Of a stretch of DNA of 56,746 nucleotides, positions 56,692 through 56,746 are shown one piece after another. The position numbers and the translations under genes were made by a program. Each line of letters begins with the position of its first letter. Position 1 is the first letter of the stretch. The stretch is from an uncultured Gammaproteobacteria bacterium (GTDB lineage Bacteria > Patescibacteriota > Patescibacteriia > Patescibacteriales > UBA12465): contig CAYMZF010000001.1 in NCBI GenBank assembly GCA_964394905.1, forward strand, positions 1 to 56,746, in the 5' to 3' direction. Under the pieces are notes generated by a model. That model was not told where the DNA came from, searched no databases, and saw only the letters and a program-made list of their open reading frames with translations.

Positions 56692-56746
56692 TTATTTAGA
56701 CATCTTTTTTAAAGCTTCTTTTATCTTTTGTCCGCTATCAATAATG
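56692..56746 (-). CDS. partial CDS (3' end only, enters from the right edge); product not identifiable
   Basis: The minus-strand frame reads ...IIDSGQKIKEALKKMSK* with TAA at 56692-56694, followed by a terminator. Confidence 0.4.
   Translation of the reverse strand, partial: IIDSGQKIKEALKKMSK

Noticed and set aside
1-56746. Alternative genetic code (UGA=Gly, code 25, or UGA=Trp, code 4), given the CPR-like, AT-rich nature.
   Set aside because: All conserved genes are full length in the standard code. The two TGA codons used as stops sit in ATGA overlaps exactly where orthologous proteins end. No conserved protein appears truncated at an in-frame TGA.
1-56746. CRISPR arrays, tRNA/rRNA genes, transposases, integrases, phage genes, toxin-antitoxin pairs or known defence systems.
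   Set aside because: No spaced direct repeats and no T-loop-like GGTTCGAATCC strings outside CDS; the only cgaacc hit, at about 40031, is inside a membrane-protein gene. No ORF has recombinase, nuclease or defence motifs, and the non-coding gaps are all under 210 nt.

Overview
AT-rich, extremely gene-dense chromosomal segment: about 57 credible CDS, most spacers under 70 nt, and everything from 1 to 30942 on the minus strand. I infer a reduced-genome, monoderm-type bacterium of the Candidate Phyla Radiation/Patescibacteria kind. The grounds are shortened housekeeping proteins, r-proteins with charged extensions, a type IV pilin, DUF4012 and DUF11-like surface proteins, and many glycosyltransferases. 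Contents, left to right: PSP1/YaaT-tsf-rpsB; a pilin plus a secreted transglutaminase-like protein; tsaB-dus-cysS-tgt; a four-gene envelope block of unknown function with its own promoter; a sigma-region-4/HARE-HTH protein; GT2; the rpsI-rplM and rplQ-rpoA-rpsD-rpsK-rpsM-rpmJ-infA ribosomal block; alaS; a partial dcw cluster (murB-murC-murG-ftsW-mraY); a glycosylation island (GT2, DUF2304, an orphan 250-aa protein, a 661-aa polytopic membrane protein, two GT4, rmlD-like) with hisS embedded; rpmE-prfA-prmC; and one long co-directional run, proS-mreB-mreC-mreD-PfkB kinase-orphan receiver-HlyD adaptor-ABC ATPase-2x FtsX permease-second mreB-GT4-DUF3048. I saw no rRNA, tRNA, CRISPR array, transposase/integrase or prophage. 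The standard code fits: by hand count the stops are 49 TAA, 6 TAG and 2 TGA. No canonical defence or mobile system is visible. The best candidates for undescribed biology are: (i) the promoter-to-surface-protein envelope module at 8514-15995; (ii) the MacAB-like exporter with a roughly 360-residue coiled-coil adaptor embedded between two mreB paralogs; and (iii) several core proteins with missing modules (RpoA without an alpha-CTD, TGT with all four Zn ligands replaced, ProRS with INS replaced by a 4-Cys knuckle). All family calls come from motif recognition by eye; no searches were run.
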